From: an uncultured Gemmatimonadales bacterium
GTDB taxonomy: Bacteria > Gemmatimonadota > Gemmatimonadetes > Longimicrobiales > RSA9
Assembly: GCA_963816355.1 (NCBI GenBank)
Contig: CAWFKH010000002.1
Location: forward strand, 1 to 64,000
Direction of reading: 5' to 3'
DNA length: 64,000 nucleotides
Part shown: positions 18,285-27,614 of the stretch, one piece after another
Position numbering within the stretch: the stretch's first letter is position 1
Layout of the letters: every line of letters begins with the position of its first letter
The notes under the pieces: model-generated
The model's input: the letters and a program-made list of their open reading frames with translations, nothing else
Databases searched by the model: none
What the model was told of the DNA's origin: nothing
Program-made: the position numbers and the translations under genes

Positions 18285-18480
18285 GGGGAGGAGGTCGCGG
18301 GGGGGTCGCGGAGGAGGTCGGGGGGGGGTCGCGGGGAGGTCGCGGAGGGAGGTCGCGGAGGAGGTCGCGGAGAGGTCGCGGGGAGGTCGCGGAGGAGGTC
18401 GCGAAGGAGATCGCGGAGGAGGTCGCGGAGGAGGTCGCGGAGGGGGAGATGGCGGGGGGAGATCGCAGGGGGAGAGGGCG
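18285..18480 (+). repeat. G-rich degenerate tandem repeat of (GGAGGAGGTCGC)n
   Basis: Directly visible ~12-bp units. Confidence 0.85.
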
Positions 18481-18497
18481 GAGGGAACGGAGGGACT

Positions 18498-18748
18498 GCT
18501 CGACGGCCGCTCGGCGCCGTCCGTGATCGCCGTCAAACTCACCCCGCCGGCCGCTATTTCTGATCCGGGGCAAAGCGGACCGCGTGAGGCGCGGTCGCAA
18601 TGGCCCCGCGAGGGTGCGGCTCCGGGCGAGGGGCGGAGTCGACCGCTCTCGGAGCCGTCCAGTTTGCCCCACGCCGGGATGGGTCCGGCGAGGGGGCGCT
18701 TTGACGTCCCCCGGCGCCGGCTTGACCCACGCAGAAGGGCGAGGAGCC
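18498..18748 (+). repeat. ~240-bp structured dispersed repeat, copy 3
   Basis: Aligns with copies 1 and 2. Confidence 0.9.
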
Positions 18749-18767
18749 TTCTCCTTTGGGCAATCCT

Positions 18768-19011
18768 GCGGGCGGCGCCTTCATGGCGCGGCCGGCGGCC
18801 TTCGTGGCGGGCGGGCGGGCTTCGCGCCGCGGGCGGCGCCTTCGTGGCGCGGCCGGCGGCCTTCGCAGCGGGCGGGCGGGCTTCGCGCCGCGGGCGGCGC
18901 CTTCGTGGCGCGGCCGGCGGCCTTCGCAGCGGGCGGGCGGGCTTCGCGCCGCGGGCGGCGCCTTCGTGGCGCGGCCGGCGGCCTTCGCAGCGGGCGGGCG
19001 GGCTTCGCGCC
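18768..19011 (+). repeat. Tandem array of four 61-bp units
   Basis: Units start at 18768, 18829, 18890 and 18951; each has three CTTCG-centred subrepeats. Confidence 0.9.
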
Positions 19012-19254
19012 GCGGGCGACGCCCTTCGCGGCGGGCGGCGGGGTCGCGGTAGGCGGCGCCGGCGGGGTCGCGCGGCGGCGCCCCTCGCGGCGGGCGGCGG
19101 GGTCGCGGGCGGCGCGCGAACTCCGGCGGCGACGATCGTCGGGCTTGCGCGCCCTCAGCCGGCCGCCGCTCGCCAGCCACGCCGCGCGTCCCGCAGTTCG
19201 AAGAAACTACTCTCCGCTATCTCCATCCCTCCGCCGCACTCCGTGACAAGAAGT

Positions 19255-19352
19255 CCCTCCGCACCCTCCGTCGCCTCTGCCTCCGCGCCCTCCCTCCGCG
19301 CCCTCCCTCCGCGCCCTCTGCCTCCGCGCCCTCCCTCCGCGCCCTCCGTCCC
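19255..19352 (+). repeat. C-rich (CCTCCGCGCCCT)n-type low-complexity repeat
   Basis: Directly visible. Confidence 0.75.
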
Positions 19353-19355
19353 CTC

Positions 19356-20318
19356 TTACTCCTCGCGTATGGGGACGAGCAGGACGTTCCCCTGGACGCG
19401 CGGCACGACGGCGGCGGCGAAGCTGCCGGAGAGGACGCCGCCGACGCCGGCGCGGCCGTGGGTCGCGATGACGAGGAGGGAGGGGCGTTCGCGGCGGACG
19501 ATGGAGAGGGTTTCGCGCGCGGCGTCGCCGCGACGCAGGTCGACGCTCACCTGGAGTCCGGCGGCGCGGAGGTCGCGGGCGAGGTCGTCCATGTAGCGGC
19601 GCGCATCCTCGGCCTCGAGCTCGAGGACGTCCGCGGTCGCGGCGGGCGAGAAGATCGCGCGGGCGGCGCGCTCGGCGGGCAGGCGGGTGAGCGTCGGCAC
19701 GACGGTGACGAGGTGTAGCCGCGCGTGGCACCGCTCGGCCAGCATGCCGGCGAGCGGCAGCGCGCGGGGGCCATGGACGACCGGGTCGAGAGCGACCACC
19801 CAGCTCGCGTCGCCGAGGCCGTGCGCCGGGGCGGATCGGGTGGGGGTCCGCGCGGGCGCGGGCGACGGGGGCCGCACCACGAGCACCGGCCGCGTCGCCT
19901 GTCGCAGCACCTGCTGCGCGATGCTGCCGAGGAGGAGGTCGCGCAGGCCGCCGGAGCCGTGCGTGCAGAGGACGACGAGGCCGGCGCCGATCTCGTGGGC
20001 GTGCTCGGCGATGGAGGCGGCGACGTCGCCGACGGCGGGCTCGTGGACGTGCTTCGACAGGGCGATGTCGTGGCCGGCGAGGCGGCGCGCGACGTCGTCG
20101 AGATAGGCGGCCGCGGCGGCCGCGTCGCGCAGGTGCGGCTGGCCGTGCACGCGGGCGGGGGCGCCGCGCTCGATGACGTGCAGCAGCACGAGCTCGGCGG
20201 AGAGGAGCCGGGCGAGCTCGGCGGCGGGCGCGAGCGCGGCCTCGGCGAGGGCGGAGCCGTCGAGCGGAAGCAGGATGCGGTCGAGCTTCTCGCGGCGGAT
20301 CTCTTCGGAATCGATCAT
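19356..20318 (-). CDS. Universal stress protein (tandem USP domains)
   Basis: RILLPLDGS, THGSGGLRDLLLGSIAQQV; ATGA overlap with mntH. Confidence 0.9.
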   Translation of the reverse strand: MIDSEEIRREKLDRILLPLDGSALAEAALAPAAELARLLSAELVLLHVIERGAPARVHGQPHLRDAAAAAAYLDDVARRLAGHDIALSKHVHEPAVGDVAASIAEHAHEIGAGLVVLCTHGSGGLRDLLLGSIAQQVLRQATRPVLVVRPPSPAPARTPTRSAPAHGLGDASWVVALDPVVHGPRALPLAGMLAERCHARLHLVTVVPTLTRLPAERAARAIFSPAATADVLELEAEDARRYMDDLARDLRAAGLQVSVDLRRGDAARETLSIVRRERPSLLVIATHGRAGVGGVLSGSFAAAVVPRVQGNVLLVPIREE

Positions 20319-21640
20319 CGGCCGGCTCCCGTGAAGACGTCGAAGAGGAGGTAGAGGTTCAGGAAGATGATGGCGGCCGAGATGAGCCACGCCACGGCGG
20401 TCGTGACGCGCCGGTTGACGAGCACGCCCATGATCTCGGCCTGTCGCGTGAAGTGCACGAGCGGTACGAGCGCGAACGGGATGCCGAAGGAGAGCACGAC
20501 CTGGCTGAGCACGAGCGTGCGCGTCGGGTCGAGGCCGAGCGCGATCACGACGATCGCCGGACTCATCGTGACGAGCCGGCGCACCCAGATCGGCACGTGC
20601 CAGTGCAGGAACCCCTGCATGATCACCTGGCCCGCCAGCGTGCCGACGGTCGAAGAGGAGAGCCCCGCGGCGAGCAGCGAGATGGCGAAGACGGTGCTGG
20701 CGAGCGGGCCGAGGAGCGGCGTCAGCGTGCGGTACGCCTCCTCGATCGATGCGACCTGCGTCAGCCCCGCCTGGTGGAACGTGGCCGCCGCCATCACCAG
20801 CATCGCGCCGTTGATCAGCCCCGCGATGCCCATCGCGACGACGACGTCGACGAGCTGGAAGCGGAAGAGGCGCCGCATCTCGCCGGCGCTCGTCGTGCGG
20901 ATCCGGTGCTGCGTCAACGACGAGTGGAGGAAGATCACGTGCGGCATCACCGTCGCGCCGAGAATGCCGACCGCGAGCAGCACACTCTCGGTCCCCTGCA
21001 GCCGCGGCGTGAACGCGCTGGCGAAGAGCGGCCCCCACGCCGGCCCCTCGAGCACCGTCTCGATCACGTAGCAGAGCGCGATCACGCCCACCAGCGCGGC
21101 GATCACCGCCTCCAGCGGGCGGAAGCCGTAGCGCTGCAGACCGAGGATGAGGAACGTCGCGACGGCGGTGATCAGCGCCGCCGGCAGCAGCGCGATGCCG
21201 AAGAGCAGGTTGATGCCGACGGCCGCGCCGAGGAATTCCGCCAGGTCCGTCGCCATCGCCACGAGTTCGGCGACCACCCACATTCCCCACACCACGGGGC
21301 GGCGGTAGCGCTCGCGGCAGACTTCGGCGAGGTTGCGGCCGGTGGCGATGCCGAGCTTCGCCGAGAGCGTCTGGATCACCATCGCCGTCAGGTTGCTCGC
21401 GACGATCACCCACAGCAGCAGGTAGCCGTACTCCGCGCCCGCCTGGATGTTGGTCGCGAAGTTGCCCGGATCGACGTACGCTACCGACGCGACGAAGGCG
21501 GGTCCGAGGAAGGGCAGGATGCGCGCGTACCACGGGCCGCGACCCTCGCCGCGCAGCACGGCCGAAGCCTGCTCGACGGTGGCGAGGTCGGCGCCTCGCG
21601 CCTTCGCGGCGGAACGCACTTCGGGTCCGGGTCGGCTCAT
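20315..21640 (-). CDS. mntH: Nramp-family divalent metal transporter
   Basis: AYVDPGNFATN and GATVMPH motifs. Confidence 0.95.
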   Translation of the reverse strand: MSRPGPEVRSAAKARGADLATVEQASAVLRGEGRGPWYARILPFLGPAFVASVAYVDPGNFATNIQAGAEYGYLLLWVIVASNLTAMVIQTLSAKLGIATGRNLAEVCRERYRRPVVWGMWVVAELVAMATDLAEFLGAAVGINLLFGIALLPAALITAVATFLILGLQRYGFRPLEAVIAALVGVIALCYVIETVLEGPAWGPLFASAFTPRLQGTESVLLAVGILGATVMPHVIFLHSSLTQHRIRTTSAGEMRRLFRFQLVDVVVAMGIAGLINGAMLVMAAATFHQAGLTQVASIEEAYRTLTPLLGPLASTVFAISLLAAGLSSSTVGTLAGQVIMQGFLHWHVPIWVRRLVTMSPAIVVIALGLDPTRTLVLSQVVLSFGIPFALVPLVHFTRQAEIMGVLVNRRVTTAVAWLISAAIIFLNLYLLFDVFTGAGR

Positions 21641-21710
21641 GGGTTCGGCGTTCGGGAGACTCAGACTCGACTGCGCGGGACCTTGGATCATAACACAATG
21701 GAGGAGAATT

Positions 21711-22229
21711 ATGCAGGAGGCACCGTACACGACGCTCCTCGAGGAGGCGCTCGAGGCGTGGCAGGACACACGCGAGGGGACGATCGCCGAGGTCGAGAAC
21801 ATCCCGGAGGACCGCTTCGACTTCCGCCCCGCCGACGGCGCGCGCAGCGTGCAGGAGCTCGTGCTGCACGTCCTCGAGGGCGCCCTCCTCGCGGTGGGCG
21901 AGCTCACGCGCGCCGAGGGCGACTTCCGCCGCGCTTCCTACCCCGAGCTGGTCGAGGAGCACGCCGCGCCGATCGCGGGCGCGAGCGGCAAGGCGGAGCT
22001 GCTGCGGCTGCTCCGCGAGACCCACGCGGACGCGGACCGGCGCTACCGCGGGCTCGGCGAGCTGTTCATGCTGCAGCGCATCCACCGTTTCGACGGTCTG
22101 CCGGGAACGCGCCTCGCGTGGCTGAACCACGCCATCGCGCACGAGTACTACCACCGCGGTCAGATCGCGCTCTACGCCCGGCTGATGGATGAGGTGCCGG
22201 CGCTGACGAAGCGGATCCGCGGCGAGTGA
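21711..22229 (+). CDS. DinB-family protein
   Basis: RSVQELVLH...HEYYHRGQ; GGAGGAG RBS. Confidence 0.9.
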   Translation: MQEAPYTTLLEEALEAWQDTREGTIAEVENIPEDRFDFRPADGARSVQELVLHVLEGALLAVGELTRAEGDFRRASYPELVEEHAAPIAGASGKAELLRLLRETHADADRRYRGLGELFMLQRIHRFDGLPGTRLAWLNHAIAHEYYHRGQIALYARLMDEVPALTKRIRGE

Positions 22230-22238
22230 CGCGGTCCG

Positions 22239-22320
22239 GGGCGGAGGCCGGCCAGGCGGAAGCCGGCCGGGCGGAAGCCGGCCCGGCGGAGGCCGGCCGG
22301 GCGGAGGCCGGGCGGGCGGA
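22239..22320 (+). repeat. 15-bp tandem repeat (GGGCGGARGCCGGCC) x~5
   Basis: Directly visible. Confidence 0.8.
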
Positions 22321-22358
22321 GGAGGCGCGGTGGCGCTGAGGGAGGAGGCTTCTTCACC

Positions 22359-22517
22359 ATGGCGACGCTCTTCACCCCTCTCGTGGTGGCGCGCGACCTC
22401 TTCGCCGGCCGCCGCGTCGCCTGGCACCCCGGATGGTACGCGCTCTTCGCCCTCGGCGTCGTCGCCTACGTCGTGCTGCGGACCGCGCGCAAGCACACGC
22501 GCCTGCTGCAGGAGTGA
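22359..22517 (+). CDS. 52-aa small membrane protein or 3' gene relic
   Basis: GGAGGAGG RBS; MATLFTPLVVARDLFAGRRVAWHPGWYALFALGVVAYVVLRTARKHTRLLQE; coding-like codon bias. Confidence 0.45.
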   Translation: MATLFTPLVVARDLFAGRRVAWHPGWYALFALGVVAYVVLRTARKHTRLLQE

Positions 22518-22645
22518 AGGGGCGCGCGCAAGCGGGACGGACGGCCGCGAGCCGGCGCGCGCGGGCCCGGCGGATGGGCCCGGCGCACGCGAGGCCGGCG
22601 GAAGCGGAGCCCGGCGCGCGCCAAAGCCGGCGGTCGCGGGCGCGG

Positions 22646-23758
22646 TCAGCCGGTGCGGACGTGCACCTCGACGGAGAGGCCGGGCCGCAGCGGCCGGTCG
22701 TCGCCGCAGCCGCGCGTGACGCGCACGCGGATCGGCACGCGCTGCACCACCTTGGTGAAGTTGCCCGTCGCGTTGTCCGGCGGCAGCAGCGAGAAGCGCG
22801 CGCCGGTCGCGGGACTCACGCTCTCGACCACCCCCTCGACCTCGCAGTGCGGATAGGCGTCGACGTCGATCGTCGCGGGCTGCCCCGCCCGCAACGCGTC
22901 GAGCTGCGTCTCCTTCATGTTCGCGGTGACGTAGACGCCGGTGTCGGCGACGATCGCCATCAGGGGCTGACCGGCCTGCACGAGCTGCCCCGGCTCGACC
23001 TGCTTCTTGGAGACGATGCCCGAGACCGGCGCGGCGACGCGCGCGTAGGAGAGCTGGAGCGCGGCGTCGTCGACCGCGGCGCGTGCGGCGGCGAGGCGTG
23101 CATCCGCCATGCGAGCGCCCGCGCGGGCGTTGCTCACGCCGGCGCCGGCCGCGGCGGCCTGTCGCTCGACCGCCTGCACGTTGGCCCGCGCCGTCTCGGC
23201 TGCGGAGCGCGCCGCGTCGAGCTGCTGCGCGGAGACGATGTCCTTGTCGGCGAGCACGCGCATGCGTTCCAGGTCGTTCTCCGCCTGCCGCTCCATCGCG
23301 CGCGCCGCGGCGATGCGCGCCGCCAGCGCCGCGCGCTCGTTCGCCGCCACGTCGACCTGCGCCGCGGCCTGCCCGGCGCGGCCGGAGTCGCCCGCCGCCG
23401 CCCGCGCCTCCTGCAGATCCGCCTGCGCCTTCTCCAGATCCACGCGCAGCTCGGACCCGTCGATCTGCACCAGCAGCGCGCCCTCCGCGACGTGGTCGTT
23501 CTCCGCCACCGGCACCGCCGCCACGTAGCCGCCCACCTTGGCCATCACGGGTACAATGTGGCCATCCACCTGCGCGTCGTCCGTGGACTCGTGCGTGCGC
23601 GCGTAGTGGAGGAAACGGACGCCCCAGATGCCCGCGGCGATGAGCAGGAGCGCCGCTACGATCAGCACGCCGCGATTGCGCCCGCGGCGGCGTCCCGCGG
23701 GCGCGCCCTCGCCGCCGATGTCCGGGTCCCTGACCCTCCGCTCTTCCACCGATGCCAT
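22646..23758 (-). CDS. HlyD/EmrA-family secretion adaptor
   Basis: STDDAQVDG; FSLLPPDNATGNFTKVVQRVP. Confidence 0.93.
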   Translation of the reverse strand: MASVEERRVRDPDIGGEGAPAGRRRGRNRGVLIVAALLLIAAGIWGVRFLHYARTHESTDDAQVDGHIVPVMAKVGGYVAAVPVAENDHVAEGALLVQIDGSELRVDLEKAQADLQEARAAAGDSGRAGQAAAQVDVAANERAALAARIAAARAMERQAENDLERMRVLADKDIVSAQQLDAARSAAETARANVQAVERQAAAAGAGVSNARAGARMADARLAAARAAVDDAALQLSYARVAAPVSGIVSKKQVEPGQLVQAGQPLMAIVADTGVYVTANMKETQLDALRAGQPATIDVDAYPHCEVEGVVESVSPATGARFSLLPPDNATGNFTKVVQRVPIRVRVTRGCGDDRPLRPGLSVEVHVRTG

Positions 23759-24001
23759 CCCTCTATCTCCCGCCCCGGCGCCTCGCCGGGTCCTCGAAGT
23801 CGGTCCCTCTTCCGCTTGCCGGCAGCCCGGAACCTAGGCGGTCACGCCGAGACCGGACAAGCGCCCGGACGACGCGCGTCCGGGCGCTCCGTCCGCAGGT
23901 TACCCGACCGTTACAGCAACGTGCCCGGGCGCGTGACCCAATCGACTCAGAATCAGGCGTGTCACGAACCACCGACGGTCCCTTCACGGAGAGTGCGATC
24001 G

Positions 24002-25015
24002 ATGAGCGCGAGGCACTGGGCGGGTGTGCTGGGTATGGCGGCGGCGTTCCTCACACCCGCGGCCGCGCGGGCACAGGGGGTGAGCGTGGGCGGCGTCGGA
24101 TACGCGCAGTACGTCTACGATCTTTCGGACAGCGCGAGCTTCAACGAGTTCGCGCTCACGCGGGCCTACGTGAACGTGACCGGTCGTTTCGACCACGGGA
24201 TCGCGACACGGATCACGACGGACCTGTATCGTGCCGACAACGGCTCCTACAATGTGCGGATCAAGTACGGCTACGTGGCGTGGACGCCGGAGAAGAGCCC
24301 GCTGACGCTGAAGTTCGGCCAGATCCAGACGCCGTGGCTGGACTGGCAGGAGCACCTGTGGGGCTATCGCATGCAGGGAACGATGGCGCTCGACCGCGCG
24401 GGCTACCTGACCGCGTCGGACCTCGGCTTCGGCGTGGACGGCAGCTTCTCGGACGGCGTGAACTTCCAGGCGTCGGTGGTCAACGGCGAGGGCTACCACG
24501 GCGCGGAGGGGGACTCGCACAAGGACGCCGAGGCGCGCGTCTCGGTGCGGCTCCTCCCCACCGACCTCGGCGGCGACCAGGGCGGGCTGCGGCTCACCGG
24601 CTACGCCGGCGTGGGCGCCCCCACCGGCGGCGGCGTGCGCGACCGCTTCGTCGGCGAGCTCTCCTACAAGGCGGAGGCGCTCACGCTGGCCGGCGAGTAC
24701 GCGCTCGTGCGGAACCGCACCGGCGACGAGACGGCCACGAACCCGACCGCGGAAGGAGACGTCTTCGGCGCGTTCGGCGTGCTCTCGCTGCCGCGCTCGC
24801 CGGTGCAGCTCATCGCGCGCGTGGATCGCGTCAATCCGGACCGGGACGTGGCGGACGACGAGCGCACGATCGTGATCGGCGGCGTCGCGTATCGCGTCTC
24901 GCCGAACCTGCGCGTGCTGGCGGACATCGACCACATTGGCTATGCAGGGACGCCGTCGCCGCTCCAGGACGCGGCGCGCAACCAGGCGCTCTTCCAGATC
25001 GAGTTCACGTTCTGA
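24002..25015 (+). CDS. Outer membrane porin-like beta-barrel
   Basis: Signal peptide AARA/Q, alternating beta strands, C-terminal FQIEFTF. Confidence 0.8.
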   Translation: MSARHWAGVLGMAAAFLTPAAARAQGVSVGGVGYAQYVYDLSDSASFNEFALTRAYVNVTGRFDHGIATRITTDLYRADNGSYNVRIKYGYVAWTPEKSPLTLKFGQIQTPWLDWQEHLWGYRMQGTMALDRAGYLTASDLGFGVDGSFSDGVNFQASVVNGEGYHGAEGDSHKDAEARVSVRLLPTDLGGDQGGLRLTGYAGVGAPTGGGVRDRFVGELSYKAEALTLAGEYALVRNRTGDETATNPTAEGDVFGAFGVLSLPRSPVQLIARVDRVNPDRDVADDERTIVIGGVAYRVSPNLRVLADIDHIGYAGTPSPLQDAARNQALFQIEFTF

Positions 25016-25021
25016 GCCGTC

Positions 25022-26689
25022 TCACCACTGATCGACGTGCTTCTTCAGGAGCTCGAGGCCCTCGGGTGACGTGAGCAGGATGAGCCGGTCGTCGGGCTCG
25101 AGCACCGTGTCGCCGCGCGGCACACGCATGTGCTCCTCGCGGATGAGCGCGATGACGATGGTGTCGCCCTCGATGCCCGCATCCTTGAGCGGCTTGCCGG
25201 CGTAGGGACTGTCCTCGCGCAGGACGCCGACCACGAGGCGACGGTCGTCCGGCAGGTCGACCGGGATGCCGGAGCGGAGCAGCGACAGGAGGTCGAACTC
25301 GCCGACGTCGGCCGGACGCTGGACGCCGTGCTCGCGCAGGATGCGGAGCGCGATCTTGAGGTGCTCGGTGTGGTGCGCGGGCGAGTCGGCGCGGCTGGGG
25401 ACCTGCGCCTCGTAGAGGCTGCGGTAGCGCAGGCCCGACGAGAGCCGCGTCTGCACGATGTAGCTGACGACGACGGCGAGCGCGGCGGGCACCAGCAGCG
25501 TGTAGCCGCCGGTCATCTCGGTCACCATCATCAGCGTCGCGATCGGCACGTGCGCCGCGCCGGCGAAGACCGCCGCCATTCCCACCACCACGAACGGCGC
25601 GGCGGGCTCGTGGCCGACCGCGGCGACGAAGCCGCCCAGCATCGCACCCACGAAGAGCGAGGGCGCGAACACGCCGCCGGAGCCGCCCGACGAGACGGTG
25701 AAGCTCATCGCGAAGATCTTCGCGAACATCAGCACGAAGAGCGTGCCGAGCGCGATCCTGCCGTCGATCGCGAGCTGCATCCAGCCGTAGCCGCCGCCGA
25801 TCACCTGCGGCAGCGCGAGCGCGATGACGCCCATGATCAGGCCGCCGATCGCGGGCTTCAGGAACGCGCGTACGCGCAGCTTGCGAAACGCGTCCCGGAT
25901 GCCGTAGAAGACGACCGGCAGCAGGATCGCGATCAGCCCGGCCGCGATGCCGAGGACGAGGTAGAGAGCGTAGTCGAGCGGGCCCCGCAGCCCGATGTTG
26001 GGCGGCACGCGGAAGAGCGGCGTGTAGCCGACGAACATGCCGTTCAGCGCGTAGGCGACGATGGCGGCGAGCGTCGCGTACAGCAGCGCGCCGGACTCGA
26101 ACACCATCTCCGAGTACAGCACCTCGATCGCGAAGAGCGCCGTGCCGATCGGCGAGCGGAAGATCGCCGAGAGGCCCGCCGCCATGCCCACGAGCATGAG
26201 CAGCCGCCGATCGTCGTCGCTGCGGCTCGTGATGCTCGCGTACCAGGAGCCGATCCCCGCCGCGACGAGGGCGACCGGACCTTCGCGGCCCGCCGCGCCG
26301 CCGGAGCCGATCGTGATCGCGGACGCGATCATCTTCACCGGCGGCACGCGGCCGCGCAGGAAGCCCTCGGCGCGATGGAAGGCGCGCACCGCGGTGCCGG
26401 TGCCGTGGCCCTCCGCCTCCGGCGCCACCTTCTCCGTGATGACGCCGACGATGAGGCCGCCGATCGTCGTTGCCAGCGGGATCAGCCAGAGGCCGTACGG
26501 CCCGATGACCTGCGCGGCACCGCCCTCGCCGGCGAGACCCGGCTCGTGGTAGTGCGCGAGCTGGCCGAGAAAGAGCCAGCGGGCGAGATCGACGAGGAGG
26601 GTGAAGATCTGGGCGGAGAGCGCCCCTGCCACTCCCAGCAGGACGGTGTCCGCGATCAACCTGCGCTGACGCTGTCTTTCCTCCGGCAC
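25022..26689 (-). CDS. ClC-family chloride transporter with C-terminal TrkA-C (RCK_C) domain
   Basis: GHGTG, GREGP and GGVFAP motifs; VPRGDTVLEPDD. Confidence 0.92.
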   Translation of the reverse strand: MPEERQRQRRLIADTVLLGVAGALSAQIFTLLVDLARWLFLGQLAHYHEPGLAGEGGAAQVIGPYGLWLIPLATTIGGLIVGVITEKVAPEAEGHGTGTAVRAFHRAEGFLRGRVPPVKMIASAITIGSGGAAGREGPVALVAAGIGSWYASITSRSDDDRRLLMLVGMAAGLSAIFRSPIGTALFAIEVLYSEMVFESGALLYATLAAIVAYALNGMFVGYTPLFRVPPNIGLRGPLDYALYLVLGIAAGLIAILLPVVFYGIRDAFRKLRVRAFLKPAIGGLIMGVIALALPQVIGGGYGWMQLAIDGRIALGTLFVLMFAKIFAMSFTVSSGGSGGVFAPSLFVGAMLGGFVAAVGHEPAAPFVVVGMAAVFAGAAHVPIATLMMVTEMTGGYTLLVPAALAVVVSYIVQTRLSSGLRYRSLYEAQVPSRADSPAHHTEHLKIALRILREHGVQRPADVGEFDLLSLLRSGIPVDLPDDRRLVVGVLREDSPYAGKPLKDAGIEGDTIVIALIREEHMRVPRGDTVLEPDDRLILLTSPEGLELLKKHVDQW

Positions 26690-26848
26690 TCTGACTCCGA
26701 GCCTGCGTGGGCGGACGATCGAGCGGCAGCATTATGTCGAACCACGTGCGGCTTCGCGAGTCCGCGGCGGACCGTCCCCGTGATCCATGCCGGCCGGCTA
26801 CACCGGGAGCCGGGCCGGCCGGCCGGCTCGATGGGCCGTGCCGGCGGG

Positions 26849-27400
26849 CTACACCGGGAGGCGGGCCGGCCGGCCGATCAGCATGCGCACCTCGCGGACG
26901 AGGCGTCCGGGCGAGACCGGCATGGCGAGGCAGCGGGGACACTCCTCGTCGTCGAAATCGTCGAACTCCTTCGGGAAAGGGTCCGCGCTGAGGATCAGCA
27001 GCTCGACCTCGCGGGTGCGGAGATCGGCGCGCAGCGCGCGCGGCAGTGCGACGTCGCCGCACGCATCGATCTCGGCGATGAGCAGCGACGGCGGCGAGCG
27101 GCGGACGCCGGCGAGCACGTCGTCGTCCGGCCCGATCGTCCGCACGGTGTAGCCCTGGCGCTCGATGATGGCGGCGTAGACAAGGCGGACGTCCGGATCC
27201 CGGTGCGCGAGAAGGACGTCGGCGGGCGGTGCGCGGCGCGGCTGGCGCTGCGGCCAACGGCGGGTGGAGGGGGCGCGCACCGCCGTCGCATCCGCCGCCG
27301 CGCTTCGCGGGACCGCGGTCCGGACCGAGGCGCTCGCGTACCCGCGCAGGCCGCCCGCCTCTACGAACTGCCGCACGTCTGCTGTGCGTTGATCGATCAT
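26849..27400 (-). CDS. Atypical receiver-domain protein
   Basis: Receiver-like pattern (VLLAHRDPDVR...PSLLIAEI...LAMPVSP); AGGAG RBS. Confidence 0.65.
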   Translation of the reverse strand: MIDQRTADVRQFVEAGGLRGYASASVRTAVPRSAAADATAVRAPSTRRWPQRQPRRAPPADVLLAHRDPDVRLVYAAIIERQGYTVRTIGPDDDVLAGVRRSPPSLLIAEIDACGDVALPRALRADLRTREVELLILSADPFPKEFDDFDDEECPRCLAMPVSPGRLVREVRMLIGRPARLPV

Positions 27401-27614
27401 GTCTCTCCTGCTGCACGGGCGGTGTCTGCAACGCACATCCGGCCGGCCGCTCCGGGGGAGGCATGACAAAAAGCCTCCGATCCGGTTCTGCCGATCGGAG
27501 GCTGCGGGGTCGGACGCCCTCGCCGACCCTTCCAGATGCATCTGTTCCACTACAATACTCGGGCCAGCGCGCGCCTTCAAGAGCCGCGTGCGCCCGGGGT
27601 CGAGATCCGCGCCG

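Noticed and set aside
18768..19011. 61-bp periodic array as a CRISPR
   Set aside because: The units are near-identical along their whole length with no unique spacers, and no cas genes are present.
19356..22496. 1046-aa ORF (similarly 35708-40960, 43265-46564, 55893-59516, 22433-25015)
   Set aside because: Only the C-terminal parts are real genes; the upstream extensions are out-of-frame overlaps with neighbouring genes.
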